From positions 6,736 to 70,735 of the forward strand of contig CAKOOC010000003.1 of NCBI GenBank assembly GCA_934098375.1: a stretch of 64,000 nt of DNA, read 5' to 3'. This DNA is from an uncultured Bacilli bacterium (GTDB lineage: Bacteria; Bacillota_I; Bacilli_A; RF39; UBA660). The notes under the pieces are model-generated. The model saw only the letters and a list, made by a program, of their open reading frames with translations. It was not told the origin of the DNA and did no database searches. The translations under genes and the position numbers were made by a program. Positions 63,308 to 64,000 of this stretch are shown here, one piece after another; the stretch's first letter is position 1, and each line of letters starts with the position of its first letter.

Positions 63308-64000
63308 CTATGTTCTTACATCACGAATTACTACTACACCAGAGCCACCAGCACAGGTTTCAGTTTGTGCCCAAAACTTATTTTGATCATTATACCATTT
63401 TGTGTTCCAGCCACCGCCGCCGCCGCCAGTGTTAGCCGTTCCATTTGCACAACCTCCTCGGCCTCCGCCACCAACTCCACCGGCGCCGCCTACCGAACTA
63501 CCCCAGTCTATTACAGCACCAGCACCGCCACCACCAGCATAAGCAAAGGAAGTTCCTCTAGTACATCCTGCTAATGTACCTTCACCAAATTCACATGTTG
63601 TAGTTCCTTGACCGCTTCCTCTTGAATTTCCAGAGCCATTATTTCCATATGCCCCACCAGCAGGAGAGGTTCCACCTACATCACCACTGCTACCACCAGA
63701 GCCACCAGCTCTTGTAGTAGCACCGCTTACACTATAGCCAAATGCAGAAGTTGCGCCACCACTTCCACCGGATTTTGCTCCTCCAGCACCGATAGTAATT
63801 GCATAGCCACTCGTTTTATTATCTAATCTAATATTTTTTTGAGTTTTAGTATAACCACCAGCACCACCGGTCGTTTCGGATCCTCCGGCTCCACCTCCAA
63901 CTAAGAAAGCATCAATATATATAAGTCCACTAACACTCAAAGTACCATTTGATAACAGTTTCATTCTCCAAGTATGAGTACCATCCGCATTCGCTGTATC
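63308..64000 (-). CDS. Glycine-rich-domain protein (phage-tail-fibre-like Gly-rich repeat family); the N-terminus probably lies beyond the window
   Basis: IDAFLVGGGAGGS...GGAGG... repeats end in GGSGVVVIRDV. The reading frame stays open upstream of the ATG at 63964 to the window edge. Confidence 0.5.
   Translation of the reverse strand, partial: DTANADGTHTWRMKLLSNGTLSVSGLIYIDAFLVGGGAGGSETTGGAGGYTKTQKNIRLDNKTSGYAITIGAGGAKSGGSGGATSAFGYSVSGATTRAGGSGGSSGDVGGTSPAGGAYGNNGSGNSRGSGQGTTTCEFGEGTLAGCTRGTSFAYAGGGGAGAVIDWGSSVGGAGGVGGGGRGGCANGTANTGGGGGGWNTKWYNDQNKFWAQTETCAGGSGVVVIRDVRT

Noticed and set aside
2030-63574. Roughly 30 short ORFs (60-125 aa) in the track. Most are antisense to long genes, for example 3240-3461, 9902-10099, 17411-17593, 23157-23709, 27296-27583, 28764-28997, 29574-29810, 35829-36077, 41299-41670, 43546-44160, 45608-45832, 50988-51221, 52776-53051, 55622-55813 and 63365-63574. 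A few are same-strand alternate-frame ORFs (19503-19694, 29376-29603), and 2030-2284 spans an intergenic region.
   Set aside because: All but one lie entirely inside well-supported longer genes. They have Leu/Ile/Phe/Ser-rich compositions typical of shadow frames in AT-rich DNA, and they lack convincing RBSs.
1-64000. CRISPR arrays, rRNA or tRNA genes, IS elements, and alternative genetic code (UGA=Trp) usage, given the Mollicutes-like AT richness
   Set aside because: No regularly spaced repeats, no tRNA-like or rRNA-like conserved stretches and no transposase-like ORFs were seen. Long ORFs stay intact under the standard code with Trp encoded by TGG, so code 4 is unnecessary.

Overview
Very AT-rich Firmicutes-type chromosomal segment. 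It uses the standard genetic code, is Gram-positive in character (ezrA, divIVA, sepF, spoVS, a YjcZ-like microprotein), and almost all genes lie on the minus strand. No rRNA, tRNA, CRISPR array, transposase, integrase or relaxase is recognisable.

The window has three parts.

(1) 43.3-64 kb is ordinary housekeeping: an RNase J paralog, ssb, sufB, spoVS, a methyltransferase, a T-box-controlled LOG-glyQS operon, an SPFH protein, ffh, ezrA, a decayed dinD pseudogene, mutM, polA, a DivIVA-domain protein, sepF, and a glycine-rich protein running off the right edge.

(2) 11.6-43.2 kb is the outstanding region: about 31.6 kb and 27 co-directional ORFs with tiny gaps or overlaps. It juxtaposes three kinds of parts:
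- A reduced type VII (T7SSb-like) module: a YukD/EsaB ubiquitin-like protein, WXG/LXG-like helical proteins, a lysozyme-domain protein and a 1548-aa EssC. No EssB, EsaA or EssA is present.
- A family of Cys-rich surface proteins with cadherin-like modules, plus three paralogs of a two-helix VirB2-like T4SS pilin domain. Two of these are fused to secreted N-terminal domains.
- A TadZ/CpaE-like protein with a degenerate P-loop, small TadE/G-like proteins, and a Gram-positive T4SS set (VirB6-like, VirB3-like, a split VirB4, M23+lysozyme and NlpC/P60 hydrolases, small VirB8/TcpC-like proteins, a VirD4 coupling protein), ending in a TasA/camelysin-like secreted protein.

The flanks are housekeeping genes with terminators. 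No relaxase, integrase or replication gene is present, so this does not look like a standard conjugative element.

(3) 0-6.3 kb is a second, separate block with a CpaF/VirB11-family ATPase, a CpaB-like protein, another TadE/G-like small protein and a 958-aa Cys-rich secreted protein. About 5 kb of ordinary genes separate it from the big cluster (CPBP protease, phosphoesterase, RodA/FtsW, rmuC, a DedA-like protein, a rhodanese).

All functional calls come from motif reading by eye. None was checked against a database.
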